From Nitrospinota bacterium (GTDB lineage Bacteria; Nitrospinota; Nitrospinia; Nitrospinales; VA-1), in the NCBI GenBank assembly GCA_027619975.1, contig JAQCGX010000009.1, positions 5,813-69,812 of the forward strand: a stretch of DNA of 64,000 bases, read 5' to 3'. Below, piece after piece: positions 9,759-19,390 of this stretch. Below the pieces are notes generated by a model. That model worked only from the letters and a program-made list of their open reading frames with translations. It searched no databases and was not told the DNA's origin. How positions within the stretch are numbered: the first letter of the stretch is position 1; each line of letters opens with the position of its first letter. The position numbers and the translations under genes were made by a program.

Positions 9759-11867
9759 ATGGACAGTTTTCGGAACCTGAAATACAAGTCATTTTCACTT
9801 AAAGTTCTTTTCGCCCTGATTCTGGTTTACGGACTGGTTCACCTGGCGCCTGAACCTTTTTCGTCGTCCTCAAAATTCAGCTTCGTGGGTGGTCCTGACA
9901 AGGTATTTGCTCAGGAAGAAGATGAGTTTGAAGAAGGCGAGGAAGCCCCTGCTGAAGGCGAGGAAACTGGTGCAGAAGAAGGTTCTACAGATGGTGAAGA
10001 TGCCGCCGTTGCGGGTGAAGAAGAGGAAGATTTATCCTACCTGACAGATATCGGACCCGCTAAAGACCATGAATTTAAACCTTTCTCCTTCATGGGATTT
10101 AGTAACCGCAAGATCACCTGGGTAGCCGCCCAATTACATATTCTGTTTGCCTCGTTCATTCTTGGCTGTCCCATGTTTGTTGTCATCATGGAGGTCATGG
10201 GGGCCCGAAGGACTCAGGGGGTTCGTAAGGCGATCATTCTTTCCAATGTTTTTCTCGGCGTGCTGATCGGCGTTGTTATTGGGATAACCGGAGAAATTAT
10301 CGTCGGTATTCACCATGGCGTTCTCTATGGTCTATGGGCGTGTGCATTTGGCGCATTTATCGTGAGTTTCCTGAACTATTTCCATCGATTGATGGACGTC
10401 AGAGTTTCAGCTCTGGTTGGCGCCGTATTTGGGACACTCATCGCTATTCCACTGACCCCTGTCGAACATATTGAAACATCGGGCATCATCTTAGCCGTCA
10501 TTAATGGCGCGGTGGGTGGCACCCTGGCAAATATGATCATGTTTGCCAAGTCCGACTTCAAGTTTGAGCGGTTGGCTCACGAGATCACCAAAGTCATCGG
10601 CATGTGTTACAGCTTCACCGCTCTCACCGGCGGGTTGTTTCTTTTTGTGATGATCGTGCTCTACCAGGACTTCATCACCTATCTGGTGCAATCCTTCCCG
10701 GTTCTGTTCATGGTGGCCTACCCGACGCTGTTCATCCTGGAAACCATCGTCATGTACATTTACGTGTACTCCTGGGATCCACTCAATCAACAGAATAAGA
10801 AAGGCCGACACATCGTTTGTGGCGTTGTCTTGAATGTTTTAGGTCTGTCTCTGCTTTGTGCGCTCGACGGTCCGGCTACTTTCATGCAGACACCTCCAAA
10901 ACCCCTTGATGAACTGATGAACATCAATGAATGGTCGCGAATCGCCACTTCCACCTGGATGCCGCTCAATTACCATCGTCTGGTGGGCAATGGCACCTTT
11001 GGCGGTTATATGGTCGGCATCATCGGCGCGTACATGTATCTTTGGTCGGATAAAAAGGAAGAAAAGGAATATTACGACTGGGTCGGGTATATCGGCAACA
11101 TCATTGGCGTCGCCATCATGATTCCCCTGCCAGCCATGGGTTATATCTTCGTCCGCGAAATTTACCAATACGATGCCACCATCGGCATGTACATCATGTC
11201 GGACCGGGAATCAATGTTCATGCTCGTGCAGGGTTTACTGGTCGGAACCATGTTCAGCGCCAGTAATATCTATATGTGGGTGAGTATGAAGCGTATTGAA
11301 AATGCACAACGGTTTTTCCCGGCCATGAAGTTCGGATTCATCCTGATTGTCATATCCGCAACCATTTGGTTCACACCCAGGCGCTTCTTTGCCACGATGA
11401 TGCCGGAACCGGGAATGGACCCCAATATGGTGCTACCGGATAACCTGGCGTTCCTGGCTCTCATGATATCCAAGAACACAGCGGCATTTGCCCTGGTCAC
11501 GGTAACTTTCATCAATTACGTCTTTTACACCATTGCCACGAAAACCGGGAAGGTGCATTACGGAAAAATCAACCCGCTGGGAATATATGTTCTGATTTTA
11601 CTCGGATTTGCGGATATCTGGCTGATGAGCTGGATGGGGACCATTCGTGAGCTATCGCGAATGAACTGGCATATCTATAAAGTCTTTAAAGACGTGACGC
11701 CGGAGAAATTTGCCCCATCGCTTGCTGAGTCCGGGTTCCATGTCACCACCATCGTTTGGACGTTTTTTATTATTATGACGGCCACGATCTGGCTTGCCAT
11801 TAAGTACCCAAAAACCAAGAAAACACCGGCAATACCGGCTACAGCTACGCCACAAATGGCTGAATAA
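9759..11867 (+). CDS. cytochrome bd oxidase subunit I (CydA)-like polytopic membrane protein ('bd-like oxidase')
   Basis: 702 aa with many TM helices. The first core helix, WVAAQLHILFASFILGCPMFVVIMEVMG, mirrors the CydA helix-1 pattern (H-x-L-F ... L-G ... I-M-E) that carries the heme-ligand His. After the signal anchor there is an N-terminal acidic tract of about 45 aa. Confidence 0.65.
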   Translation: MDSFRNLKYKSFSLKVLFALILVYGLVHLAPEPFSSSSKFSFVGGPDKVFAQEEDEFEEGEEAPAEGEETGAEEGSTDGEDAAVAGEEEEDLSYLTDIGPAKDHEFKPFSFMGFSNRKITWVAAQLHILFASFILGCPMFVVIMEVMGARRTQGVRKAIILSNVFLGVLIGVVIGITGEIIVGIHHGVLYGLWACAFGAFIVSFLNYFHRLMDVRVSALVGAVFGTLIAIPLTPVEHIETSGIILAVINGAVGGTLANMIMFAKSDFKFERLAHEITKVIGMCYSFTALTGGLFLFVMIVLYQDFITYLVQSFPVLFMVAYPTLFILETIVMYIYVYSWDPLNQQNKKGRHIVCGVVLNVLGLSLLCALDGPATFMQTPPKPLDELMNINEWSRIATSTWMPLNYHRLVGNGTFGGYMVGIIGAYMYLWSDKKEEKEYYDWVGYIGNIIGVAIMIPLPAMGYIFVREIYQYDATIGMYIMSDRESMFMLVQGLLVGTMFSASNIYMWVSMKRIENAQRFFPAMKFGFILIVISATIWFTPRRFFATMMPEPGMDPNMVLPDNLAFLALMISKNTAAFALVTVTFINYVFYTIATKTGKVHYGKINPLGIYVLILLGFADIWLMSWMGTIRELSRMNWHIYKVFKDVTPEKFAPSLAESGFHVTTIVWTFFIIMTATIWLAIKYPKTKKTPAIPATATPQMAE

Positions 11868-11884
11868 CCGTTTAGGAGCAAGGA

Positions 11885-13180
11885 ATGCAGGAAAAAACTT
11901 TTAAACAAAAAGCGACCAAAATTGTACCCATATCTCTGGGTTTAATAGCCGTATTCTGGATTGGCGGGAACGCTATCGGCCTTTCCCCCGCCGTTGTAAA
12001 ACGGTTAGCGGGAATCGTTCTGGTGGCGATGACCTATGCCCTTTTATTGGCTATTCCAAAATCAGAATTTAAGGAAAAGACCTTTTTCCAGAATTTGAAG
12101 TTTAAGATTCCGGTCATCACCATTATTGCAGTCATTATCTGGGTTGTCTCCGGGCAATTTGGTTTTCCCATCTGGTGGCAGATTGAGTTTGTGGCTTTTG
12201 CTTTGGTCGGCCTGACCTATTTCGTGTTGCTGGACTTACGGGCCATGAAACCGGAAAAAGGCCAGGTTCAAACCACGATTCGCCTGATCGGCACGTATGC
12301 ACTACCGTCCATACTTTTTATTGTCATCACCGCCCAGCTCCCCCAGTTCGATCCACAATTTGAGTTGGATAAGCTCAACAAGCCGCCGGTGAAACTATCT
12401 GGCTTGGCAGGCCCTGAAGTCATCGCTGCGGGCCGGGAAGTGTTCGAAAATAACAAATGTTTCAACTGCCATAAAGTTTTCTGGGAAGGCAATTCCGATC
12501 GAGGCCCCAATTTAGGCACCAAGCAAATTGGCCTTTACTCGGATGACTACATTAAAGAACAAATTTTGGAACCCAGAAAAAAACAATCGCCCGGCTTTGA
12601 TGACCCCAAGTCGAAAAAAGCCATGCCGACTTATTATGGGGAGGATCTCAGCGAGGATGAACTGTCCGCTCTTGTGTCTTACTTAAAGACTCTGAGAGAT
12701 CCCACCCATATGCCGGTGGAGGGAAAATTCCCCGATCAATGGACCTGGTGGGACGATGCGACTATAGTTGCCGAAGGCCAGCAGGTTTTTGAGGGAGCCG
12801 AACCCGCAACGGAGGGTCTCAACTGTGCGGTCTGTCATGGTAAAGATGGAACTCCCATGATGACCGGTGCTTTGGACTTCAGAAAAGAAGACAATCCCGA
12901 CACCTTAAAAATGCCCGATAGGCTCCCTGATGTGTTACTCAAAGACTGGCCGGATGCTCTTTGGTACAAAAGGGTCACTCGCGGCGTCGACGCTACGCCT
13001 ATGGCTCCCTGGGGCATGATATTTCAGCATCTGTATTTGTGGAAAGCCGAAGCCTATGCGCGGACATTTCACGATCCTCTGGATAAGAGAGCCGCAAAAC
13101 GGCCTGTTCCACCTGTTCCCACCAAGGAAGAGGTTGAAAGTTGGAAAACGAATGGATTGTTCCTCGATCCGCTTATTTAA
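11885..13180 (+). CDS. membrane-anchored diheme c-type cytochrome
   Basis: 431 aa with about 5 N-terminal TM helices. These are followed by two cytochrome c domains with CFNCH and CAVCH heme motifs. It lies 18 nt downstream of the CydA-like gene. Confidence 0.75.
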   Translation: MQEKTFKQKATKIVPISLGLIAVFWIGGNAIGLSPAVVKRLAGIVLVAMTYALLLAIPKSEFKEKTFFQNLKFKIPVITIIAVIIWVVSGQFGFPIWWQIEFVAFALVGLTYFVLLDLRAMKPEKGQVQTTIRLIGTYALPSILFIVITAQLPQFDPQFELDKLNKPPVKLSGLAGPEVIAAGREVFENNKCFNCHKVFWEGNSDRGPNLGTKQIGLYSDDYIKEQILEPRKKQSPGFDDPKSKKAMPTYYGEDLSEDELSALVSYLKTLRDPTHMPVEGKFPDQWTWWDDATIVAEGQQVFEGAEPATEGLNCAVCHGKDGTPMMTGALDFRKEDNPDTLKMPDRLPDVLLKDWPDALWYKRVTRGVDATPMAPWGMIFQHLYLWKAEAYARTFHDPLDKRAAKRPVPPVPTKEEVESWKTNGLFLDPLI

Positions 13181-13208
13181 TAAAGATATAAGTCTCACTC
13201 GAATCATT

Positions 13209-13240
13209 AGCCGGTTCCTTTATCGGGGCCGGCTTTTTTA
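13209..13240 (+). terminator. rho-independent terminator
   Basis: agccggttcc-tttatc-ggggccggct followed by TTTTTT, 29 nt after the cytochrome c stop. Confidence 0.7.
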
Positions 13241-13321
13241 TTGCTTTAAATCCTTCCTTCGCCGCTTTTCTGTTAAAATATAAAAACCTATAAAGACTTA
13301 AAGACAATTTTGGAGAACTTA

Positions 13322-13801
13322 ATGAGCAAACTTGATGACCTGATAAAAGAAAACCTGACCCCGGATGGAGAGGTTTTAACCCTTAGGGAAAAGTTTTTGG
13401 GTGTACGTGGTTTAATGAAATTAGCCGAACACCCGGCACTGGCTACAGTAAAAAAACTGGTTCTACCCGCAAATCAGGCCAGCGACGAAGGCGCAGAAGC
13501 ATTGGCAAACTCGCCTTACCTGGGAAACTTGGAGCATCTCAATTTAAACCACAATGAAATTGGGGATGACGGTGCCATTGCCCTGGCAAACTCCGATAAA
13601 CTCCCCAAGCTCACAGATTTGTCCATGTTTGGAAATGCTGTTGGCGATGTGGGGGCTAAAGCTTTTGCGGATTCCCCGCACAGCAAAAAATACATCAAGC
13701 TGGATCTCTACAAAAACCAGTTTGGAAGCGAGGGGTACAGAGCCTTAACTGAATCTGAAAATTTAAAAAACTGCGAGGAACTGGAAATCTATCGCGACTA
13801 A
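13322..13801 (+). CDS. leucine-rich repeat protein (ribonuclease-inhibitor-like LRR)
   Basis: About 159 aa from the ATG at 13322 (GGAGA 5 nt upstream). It has repeats of about 28 aa: LxxLxLxxNxIGDxGAxALAxS. Confidence 0.7.
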   Translation: MSKLDDLIKENLTPDGEVLTLREKFLGVRGLMKLAEHPALATVKKLVLPANQASDEGAEALANSPYLGNLEHLNLNHNEIGDDGAIALANSDKLPKLTDLSMFGNAVGDVGAKAFADSPHSKKYIKLDLYKNQFGSEGYRALTESENLKNCEELEIYRD

Positions 13802-13830
13802 GAAGCCAGAGGCATCTACAGTATACGCCC

Positions 13831-14121
13831 TCAATTTCCGCTAGCCGCTTTCCATTGCTCTGGAGTCAAAGTTTTTATCTGCAGGGCGTGGATGAGTTTG
13901 GGAGTCCCGTTGATTTGATCGTCCAGAGCGCTGTATACCAGCCGTCTTTGGTCGATCGCGTTGACGGTTTCAAATTGGGAGGAAACCACGGTCAGGTGAT
14001 AGTGCCCTCCCCCGCCCGCCGCTTTATGGCCGCGATGGAGATAGCTTTCGTCAACAATGGCTACATGCTGGGCTTCCAGTTTTTCCTTCATTATTTTTTC
14101 TATGACTTCAGTGGTATCCAT
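13831..14121 (-). CDS. BolA family protein
   Basis: 96 aa with VDESYLHRGHKAAGGGGHYHLTVVSSQF ... RRLVYSAL, the typical BolA core. Confidence 0.85.
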   Translation of the reverse strand: MDTTEVIEKIMKEKLEAQHVAIVDESYLHRGHKAAGGGGHYHLTVVSSQFETVNAIDQRRLVYSALDDQINGTPKLIHALQIKTLTPEQWKAASGN

Positions 14122-14147
14122 TGATAATTTCCTGAACTTGGTTGGCG

Positions 14148-14363
14148 TTATTTGTCAGAGTCGGAACGCAGTCCGATATCCGGTAAATTGAAAAAACTAT
14201 TGAGAGATTGACCGTATTTGGCATGCACATCATTTTCTTCCTGTTTTACCAGAGGGGTTTTGCATTTTGCGCACACCGGAGTCTGCTCGGCGTTATAACC
14301 CTTAATTCGGTTTTTGACCTGGCAGTTAGGACAAGGTAGAATAATGAAGGTTGAATTTTCCAT
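14148..14363 (-). CDS. small zinc-ribbon protein
   Basis: CPNCQ ... CAKCKTP four-Cys ribbon. The likely start is the ATG at 14363 (MENSTF...), while the ORF track begins at a TTG at 14378. Confidence 0.5.
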   Translation of the reverse strand: MENSTFIILPCPNCQVKNRIKGYNAEQTPVCAKCKTPLVKQEENDVHAKYGQSLNSFFNLPDIGLRSDSDK

Positions 14364-14419
14364 GCTCCATATTAGCAAACTGCCAGATTAAAAAATACTC
14401 TTTCTGAACAAGAAAGGTT

Positions 14420-14698
14420 GTGACAATGACACAATACCAATCTTCCCCATTCCAAGCCATTCCCCTGAAGACAAAAATATCCTTGGCCCTTGGCGCGATA
14501 TTGGTTCTAAGTCTTTTGTTCTTTTTTGCCTTCGCATTTTTTATCATAACAGTTGCTTCGGGGGTGGTTCTGTTTTTCATCAATCTTTTCCAAAGGACCC
14601 AGAAAAATCTCGGTTTCAACCCAAATATGCCCCCAAATCAACCCAGACCCTATCATCGTCCCCCTTCCAAGGATAATGACAACGTGATCGACGTATAG
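14420..14698 (+). CDS. small hypothetical membrane protein with Pro-rich tail
   Basis: 92 aa with two hydrophobic segments. I recognise no family. Confidence 0.35.
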   Translation: MTMTQYQSSPFQAIPLKTKISLALGAILVLSLLFFFAFAFFIITVASGVVLFFINLFQRTQKNLGFNPNMPPNQPRPYHRPPSKDNDNVIDV

Positions 14699-14702
14699 CC
14701 GT

Positions 14703-16097
14703 TTATTTTCTTTTGTATACGTGGGGCGATTTCCCCAAATGGGCTTCTGCGGCCTCTTTCAGCGTTTCTGATAACGTCGGATGCGGATGAATGGAAAAGG
14801 CAATATCCCCGGCCATCGCCCCCATTTCAATGGCTAAAACCGCTTCCCCGATCAATTCTCCGGCTCCGGTTCCAACGATGCCCACTCCAAGAATTTTGTC
14901 TGAATCAGCGGCCAGGATCAGTTTGGTCGATCCATCGGGTCGTCCCAAAGTCTGCGCCCGGCCCGAAGCCCCCCAGGGGAATTTGGCAATTCTAATATCC
15001 TTCCCCTTTTCTTTCGCTTCCATTTCCGTGAGCCCACACCAGGCAATCTCGGGGTCGGTAAATACCACAGCGGGAATGGCCCGGTAATCAAATTTACCCG
15101 GTTGACCGGCAAGGACTTCCACCGCGACATGCGCCTCCGCTGAAGCTTTATGGGCCAGCATGGCCCCACCGATCACATCGCCAATGGCGAAAATTGCGGG
15201 ATCGGCAGTTTTCTGCTGGTCATCTATTTGCACGAATCCTCTGCCATCCATTCTGACCTGGGTATTTTCCAGTCCGATTCCATTGGAATTGGGCTGACGG
15301 CCCACTGAAACCAGAATGCGGTCATAAGTGGCTTCTGTTTTTCCAGTGGAAGATTCCAAAACAACCGTGATGCCTGCCGGAGTCTCTTTTGCATTAATAA
15401 CTTTTGTATCCAGCAAAATATCTGCCAATGTTTTTTTCAGCCTGGCTTGCAGAGGACGAACCAGATCGCGGTCGATTCCTGGAAGAAGCCCGGAGGTCAT
15501 TTCCACAACGGTCACCCGGCTTCCCAAGGCGTCATAAACCGTTCCCATTTCCAGACCGATATACCCGCCGCCGACCACCAAAAGTTTCTTTGGTATTTCA
15601 TATATCTCCAAGGCCGAGGTGGAGTCCATCATCCGAGACCCCAGACCGGAAAATATTTCAGGGATTACAGGCCGCGAACCCGTGGCCAGAATGCAGTGAT
15701 CAAAACTTATTTTTTCTTTTCCGGAAATCTCAAGATTGTGTGAGTCCAGAAACACGCCACGCCCCTGAATAAGGGTGACCCCTCTTTGTTTAGAGAGTGT
15801 CATCAACCCGCCGGTCATTTTTTGGACCACGTCATTTTTCCAGGATTTCAGCTTTTCGAGATCAATTTTTGGTTCACCAAAATCCAGGCCCCAGCCTTTG
15901 GCCTCGTGGGCTTCGTTAATCAACTTGGCAATGTGAAGCAGAGCTTTGGAGGGGATGCAACCGCGGTTAAGACAGACACCGCCGAGGTTTGGGTCTGAAT
16001 CCACCAGCGTCACCTTCATTCCCATATCCGCGGCCAGAAAAGCGGCGGCGTAGCCTCCCGGCCCGGCCCCCAAAACCAAAAGATGTTTTTGATCCAT
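14703..16097 (-). CDS. lpdA: dihydrolipoyl dehydrogenase
   Basis: 464 aa with GAGPGGY, the redox-active GGVCLNRGCIPSK, and a C-terminal HPHPTLSE dimerisation motif. Confidence 0.92.
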   Translation of the reverse strand: MDQKHLLVLGAGPGGYAAAFLAADMGMKVTLVDSDPNLGGVCLNRGCIPSKALLHIAKLINEAHEAKGWGLDFGEPKIDLEKLKSWKNDVVQKMTGGLMTLSKQRGVTLIQGRGVFLDSHNLEISGKEKISFDHCILATGSRPVIPEIFSGLGSRMMDSTSALEIYEIPKKLLVVGGGYIGLEMGTVYDALGSRVTVVEMTSGLLPGIDRDLVRPLQARLKKTLADILLDTKVINAKETPAGITVVLESSTGKTEATYDRILVSVGRQPNSNGIGLENTQVRMDGRGFVQIDDQQKTADPAIFAIGDVIGGAMLAHKASAEAHVAVEVLAGQPGKFDYRAIPAVVFTDPEIAWCGLTEMEAKEKGKDIRIAKFPWGASGRAQTLGRPDGSTKLILAADSDKILGVGIVGTGAGELIGEAVLAIEMGAMAGDIAFSIHPHPTLSETLKEAAEAHLGKSPHVYKRK

Positions 16098-16172
16098 GAA
16101 ATTATCCTTGAAGAATTATTGTCCGGCGGGTTTCAATTTTTATGATTCCTGATGGAGACCGGCAAGAAACGG

Positions 16173-16763
16173 CTATTTATGCCGCTTGCGGCTGAGTTGT
16201 TCCCATTTTTTGGGTTCGGCTTTTTGCTGGGTTTTACGAAGGATAAAATTAAAAATTATTCGGGCATCTTTTTGTTGGGTATGGGTTCCCAGCAAGCGAG
16301 CCACAGTCTCCTTTTCAAAATCAAGAAAAGGTCTCAGCTGACGGCCAACTTTTTTGACGATTTGTAGATTACTCAAATCCGAAGCATTTTCCCGATTAGA
16401 AGTTTTACCTGCATCTGGAATCGAGCGAGGTTGTTGATTGTGCGAACCTTTCAGAGGTAGCGGTGAAACCCGGGGTCGTTGTCCCAGAAAATATGAGATG
16501 GCAAAACCCGCTTCCGTGCGGGTCAACGCTTCGAGATGATCTCGAACCACGTCCCGCAACGGGCCTGAAGAGTGATTATTTTCCATGCCGCAAAGTTTCC
16601 AAAGGTCCCCTCCCGCAGGCTCAAGGATTCCGAGATCCGCGAAATGATGCATAAATGCAAGGACTCCGGGGGCATCCAAATCCGAGGGCGCCAATTCCGA
16701 TTTGAACCAGGCAGACCACTGGTCAAGCTCGTAGGGTTGATCCGCGGCCATATCCAAATTCAT
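16173..16763 (-). CDS. hypothetical protein
   Basis: 196-aa ORF in the same orientation as its neighbours. I recognise no motif. Confidence 0.4.
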   Translation of the reverse strand: MNLDMAADQPYELDQWSAWFKSELAPSDLDAPGVLAFMHHFADLGILEPAGGDLWKLCGMENNHSSGPLRDVVRDHLEALTRTEAGFAISYFLGQRPRVSPLPLKGSHNQQPRSIPDAGKTSNRENASDLSNLQIVKKVGRQLRPFLDFEKETVARLLGTHTQQKDARIIFNFILRKTQQKAEPKKWEQLSRKRHK

Positions 16764-16770
16764 TTCACCT

Positions 16771-17451
16771 TTAAACTCCCTTCAAGCGAAGTTGCGTGTC
16801 TTCTGTAGTCCCGTCGTTTAACCGCTTTTGAAACGTTTCCCGCCAGCTATCCGACAACGCCGCAACCGATAGAATTTCACCAATCCCGTCCCAGTCCTTT
16901 TTGTTCTTATGCATGAGGTCATTGGCGGTTTCAACAGAAATCCCTTTGGGGTCAGCTTGCAAAGGAACAATTTTCTCACCGGCCTCCACCCACCCCGGTT
17001 TGAGGACGCGCAGGTAGTAGCCGCTGAATCCCGTGGTTTGCACCCGGCAGGCCATTCCCTGAAAATCAAATACCTTATTGAGTTTGTGGCAGGGTTGCCG
17101 GGGTTGGGTGCATTGCACCTCCGCTTCGCCAACGCGGAAAACGTCGCCAATATGAACCTCGGTTTCCGTCAACCCGGTCACACTTAAATTTTCACCAAAA
17201 GCCCCGAAACTCAATGCCTGTTTCAACTCCTTTTCCCAGAAAGGATAATGATCAATGCAATAAACGCACACCGCCTTATCGCCGCCCCCATGAAAGCGGT
17301 GATCGGCAACGCCATCGCCCTGAAAACCAAGATTATCGAGAAAAATTTTTCCCTGAACGGGTTTTTTCAGGATTCCAGAGAATATTTTTTTGTCCCCAGA
17401 AACAAGCACATTTCCAGGAACTGCAATATTTATCGATTGAATTGTCGCCAT
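16771..17451 (-). CDS. MOSC domain protein (YiiM-like)
   Basis: The likely start is MATIQSINIA at 17451. Motifs are HGGGDKAVCVY, GAFGENLSVTGL, and CTQPRQPCHKLN with the conserved MOSC Cys. Confidence 0.8.
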   Translation of the reverse strand: MATIQSINIAVPGNVLVSGDKKIFSGILKKPVQGKIFLDNLGFQGDGVADHRFHGGGDKAVCVYCIDHYPFWEKELKQALSFGAFGENLSVTGLTETEVHIGDVFRVGEAEVQCTQPRQPCHKLNKVFDFQGMACRVQTTGFSGYYLRVLKPGWVEAGEKIVPLQADPKGISVETANDLMHKNKKDWDGIGEILSVAALSDSWRETFQKRLNDGTTEDTQLRLKGV

Positions 17452-17853
17452 GAGCCTAATTTTGACATTTAGTTTGGAGATTATAAAAATATTCCCAAAA
17501 GTTGCTCGGTCACACTTTATCAAATTTTCGTAGGCGATGTGATTGAATTTAATTATTGAGAAGGGGAATCAGAGGTGGAGGTTCGGCGAAATAGCTCAAA
17601 CCAACTATTCGAAGTCCTAGAGGAATGGAGCACATTCCTCGCGCTTTCTTTACTTAATTTAACGTCACCCACTTCCAGGGTTGAGGATCTTCCCGAAAAA
17701 ATTGAGTCTGCCTTATTTTTTATCAAATCAATCCGGATTTGCCCGCAACTATAGCATGTTTTCAGTTTTTTAAATTATTGGGGAGAAGTCTTAGGGAGCG
17801 CTTGGTTCATTAACGACTTGTTCAAATGGGCTTTCTCCGGTTTCATTCTAGTT

Positions 17854-17869
17854 TGGTATATTTCTTGCT
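17854..17869 (+). promoter_or_regulatory. candidate sigma-54 (-24/-12) promoter
   Basis: TGGTATATTTCTTGCT has GG and GC elements at the canonical spacing (TGG-N8-TTGC). It sits 75 nt upstream of the transporter start. Confidence 0.4.
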
Positions 17870-17944
17870 TTTAGGGGTTTTGCGCCCTTAGAAACCAGTA
17901 TTCCGAAAAAGAATAAGAAATTTTAATTACAATTCCGGCCAAGA

Positions 17945-19366
17945 ATGGAGAAATTCAGCATGAGCAAACAAGAAAATTGCCACAATGCACTGGGTAACGC
18001 TTTCGATCCCGAGACCCATTTGACGCATGACGGTTCTCATACACCTCAGTCGGAGTGCTTGAATGAGAAGGATTCCTGTGAAAAAGATAACCCTTCCACC
18101 GAAGAGGATATAATCGACCGGGTGGTGGAAAACGCGGTGGTGAGAGCGATCTTTAATAACAATGACGTGTCCCGCAGGTCATTCATGAAGTTGGTGGGCT
18201 CCGGGACCGCGGCGGCGATCATTGCCAGCATATTTCCCTTAGGTGCCGCAAAGGCATTGGCCAAGGAGGGGCTGAAGGGGGGTCTGGAGATGAAAAACCT
18301 TTCACTCGGGTTCATCCCCATCACTTGCGCTACGCCCATCATCATGTCCGAGCCCATGGGATTTTACAAAAAAAACGGGTTGAACGCGAAGGTGCGCCGG
18401 GCCTCAGGGTGGGCCATGGTGCGCGACTGGGCGATCAACAAGGAAGTGCAGGCCGCGCATATGCTGAGCCCGATGCCGTTGTCGATTACCATGGGTGAGG
18501 GATCCAAGAAGGTTCCTTTTTTCATGCCAGCAATAGAAAATATCAACGGTCAGGCGATTACCCTGGCCAACAAGCACAAAGGAGTAAAATCCGCGAAGGA
18601 CATGAAGGGTTTCCGGTTCTGCGTGCCATTTGATTACTCCATGCACAACTTTCTTTTACGCTATTATCTGGCCGAGGGAGGCATCCATCCGGACAAGGAC
18701 GTTCAGATTCGTGTGATTCCGCCGCCGGAGATGGTGGCCAATTTGAAGGCGGGCAACGTGGACGGGTACCTGGCTCCGGAACCGTTCAACCAGCGTGCGG
18801 TGTATGAAAATGCCGGATTCATCTACAAGCTTTCTAAGGAAATCTGGCCGGGGCATCCTTGTTGCGCCTTTGGAATTTCACAAGAGTTCGCCAAGGAGAA
18901 CCCCAACACCTTTTTGGCGCTGTTCCGGTCGATCGTCGAGGCCACGCATTTCGCCTCGAATCCGGCCAACCGGAAAGATATCGCCAAAGCGATCGCTCCA
19001 AAGAATTATTTGAACCAGCCGCTCACCGTTGTCGAACAGGTGTTGACGGGCCGGTATGCCGATGGCTTAGGAAACATTAAGAACGAGCCGGACCGCATCG
19101 ATTTCGATCCTTTCCCCTGGCATTCGATGGCGGTTTGGATTTTGACTCAGATGAAGCGATGGGGCTTCGCCAAGGGCAACATCGATTACAAAAGTGTCGC
19201 TGAGGAGGTTTACCTGGCGGCGGAATGTGACAATATCGCCAAGGAGTTAGGATACGAAACCCATGGTGATACCTATGCAAAGCATGTCCTTATGGGAGGA
19301 AAGGTGTTTGATCCTTCCAAACCGGAAGAATATCTAAAGAGTTTTCCGATTCACAGCATGACATAA
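17945..19366 (+). CDS. NrtA/CmpA/CynA-family ABC transporter substrate-binding protein (nitrate/nitrite/cyanate type), Tat signal
   Basis: 473 aa with a twin-arginine motif SRRSFMKLVGSGTAAAII. That motif is preceded by a Cys/His-containing extension of about 75 aa. Gene order A-B-D-cynS matches known cyanate uptake operons. Confidence 0.8.
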   Translation: MEKFSMSKQENCHNALGNAFDPETHLTHDGSHTPQSECLNEKDSCEKDNPSTEEDIIDRVVENAVVRAIFNNNDVSRRSFMKLVGSGTAAAIIASIFPLGAAKALAKEGLKGGLEMKNLSLGFIPITCATPIIMSEPMGFYKKNGLNAKVRRASGWAMVRDWAINKEVQAAHMLSPMPLSITMGEGSKKVPFFMPAIENINGQAITLANKHKGVKSAKDMKGFRFCVPFDYSMHNFLLRYYLAEGGIHPDKDVQIRVIPPPEMVANLKAGNVDGYLAPEPFNQRAVYENAGFIYKLSKEIWPGHPCCAFGISQEFAKENPNTFLALFRSIVEATHFASNPANRKDIAKAIAPKNYLNQPLTVVEQVLTGRYADGLGNIKNEPDRIDFDPFPWHSMAVWILTQMKRWGFAKGNIDYKSVAEEVYLAAECDNIAKELGYETHGDTYAKHVLMGGKVFDPSKPEEYLKSFPIHSMT

Positions 19367-19390
19367 ACAGTAATAATTTAGGGGTAGAAA

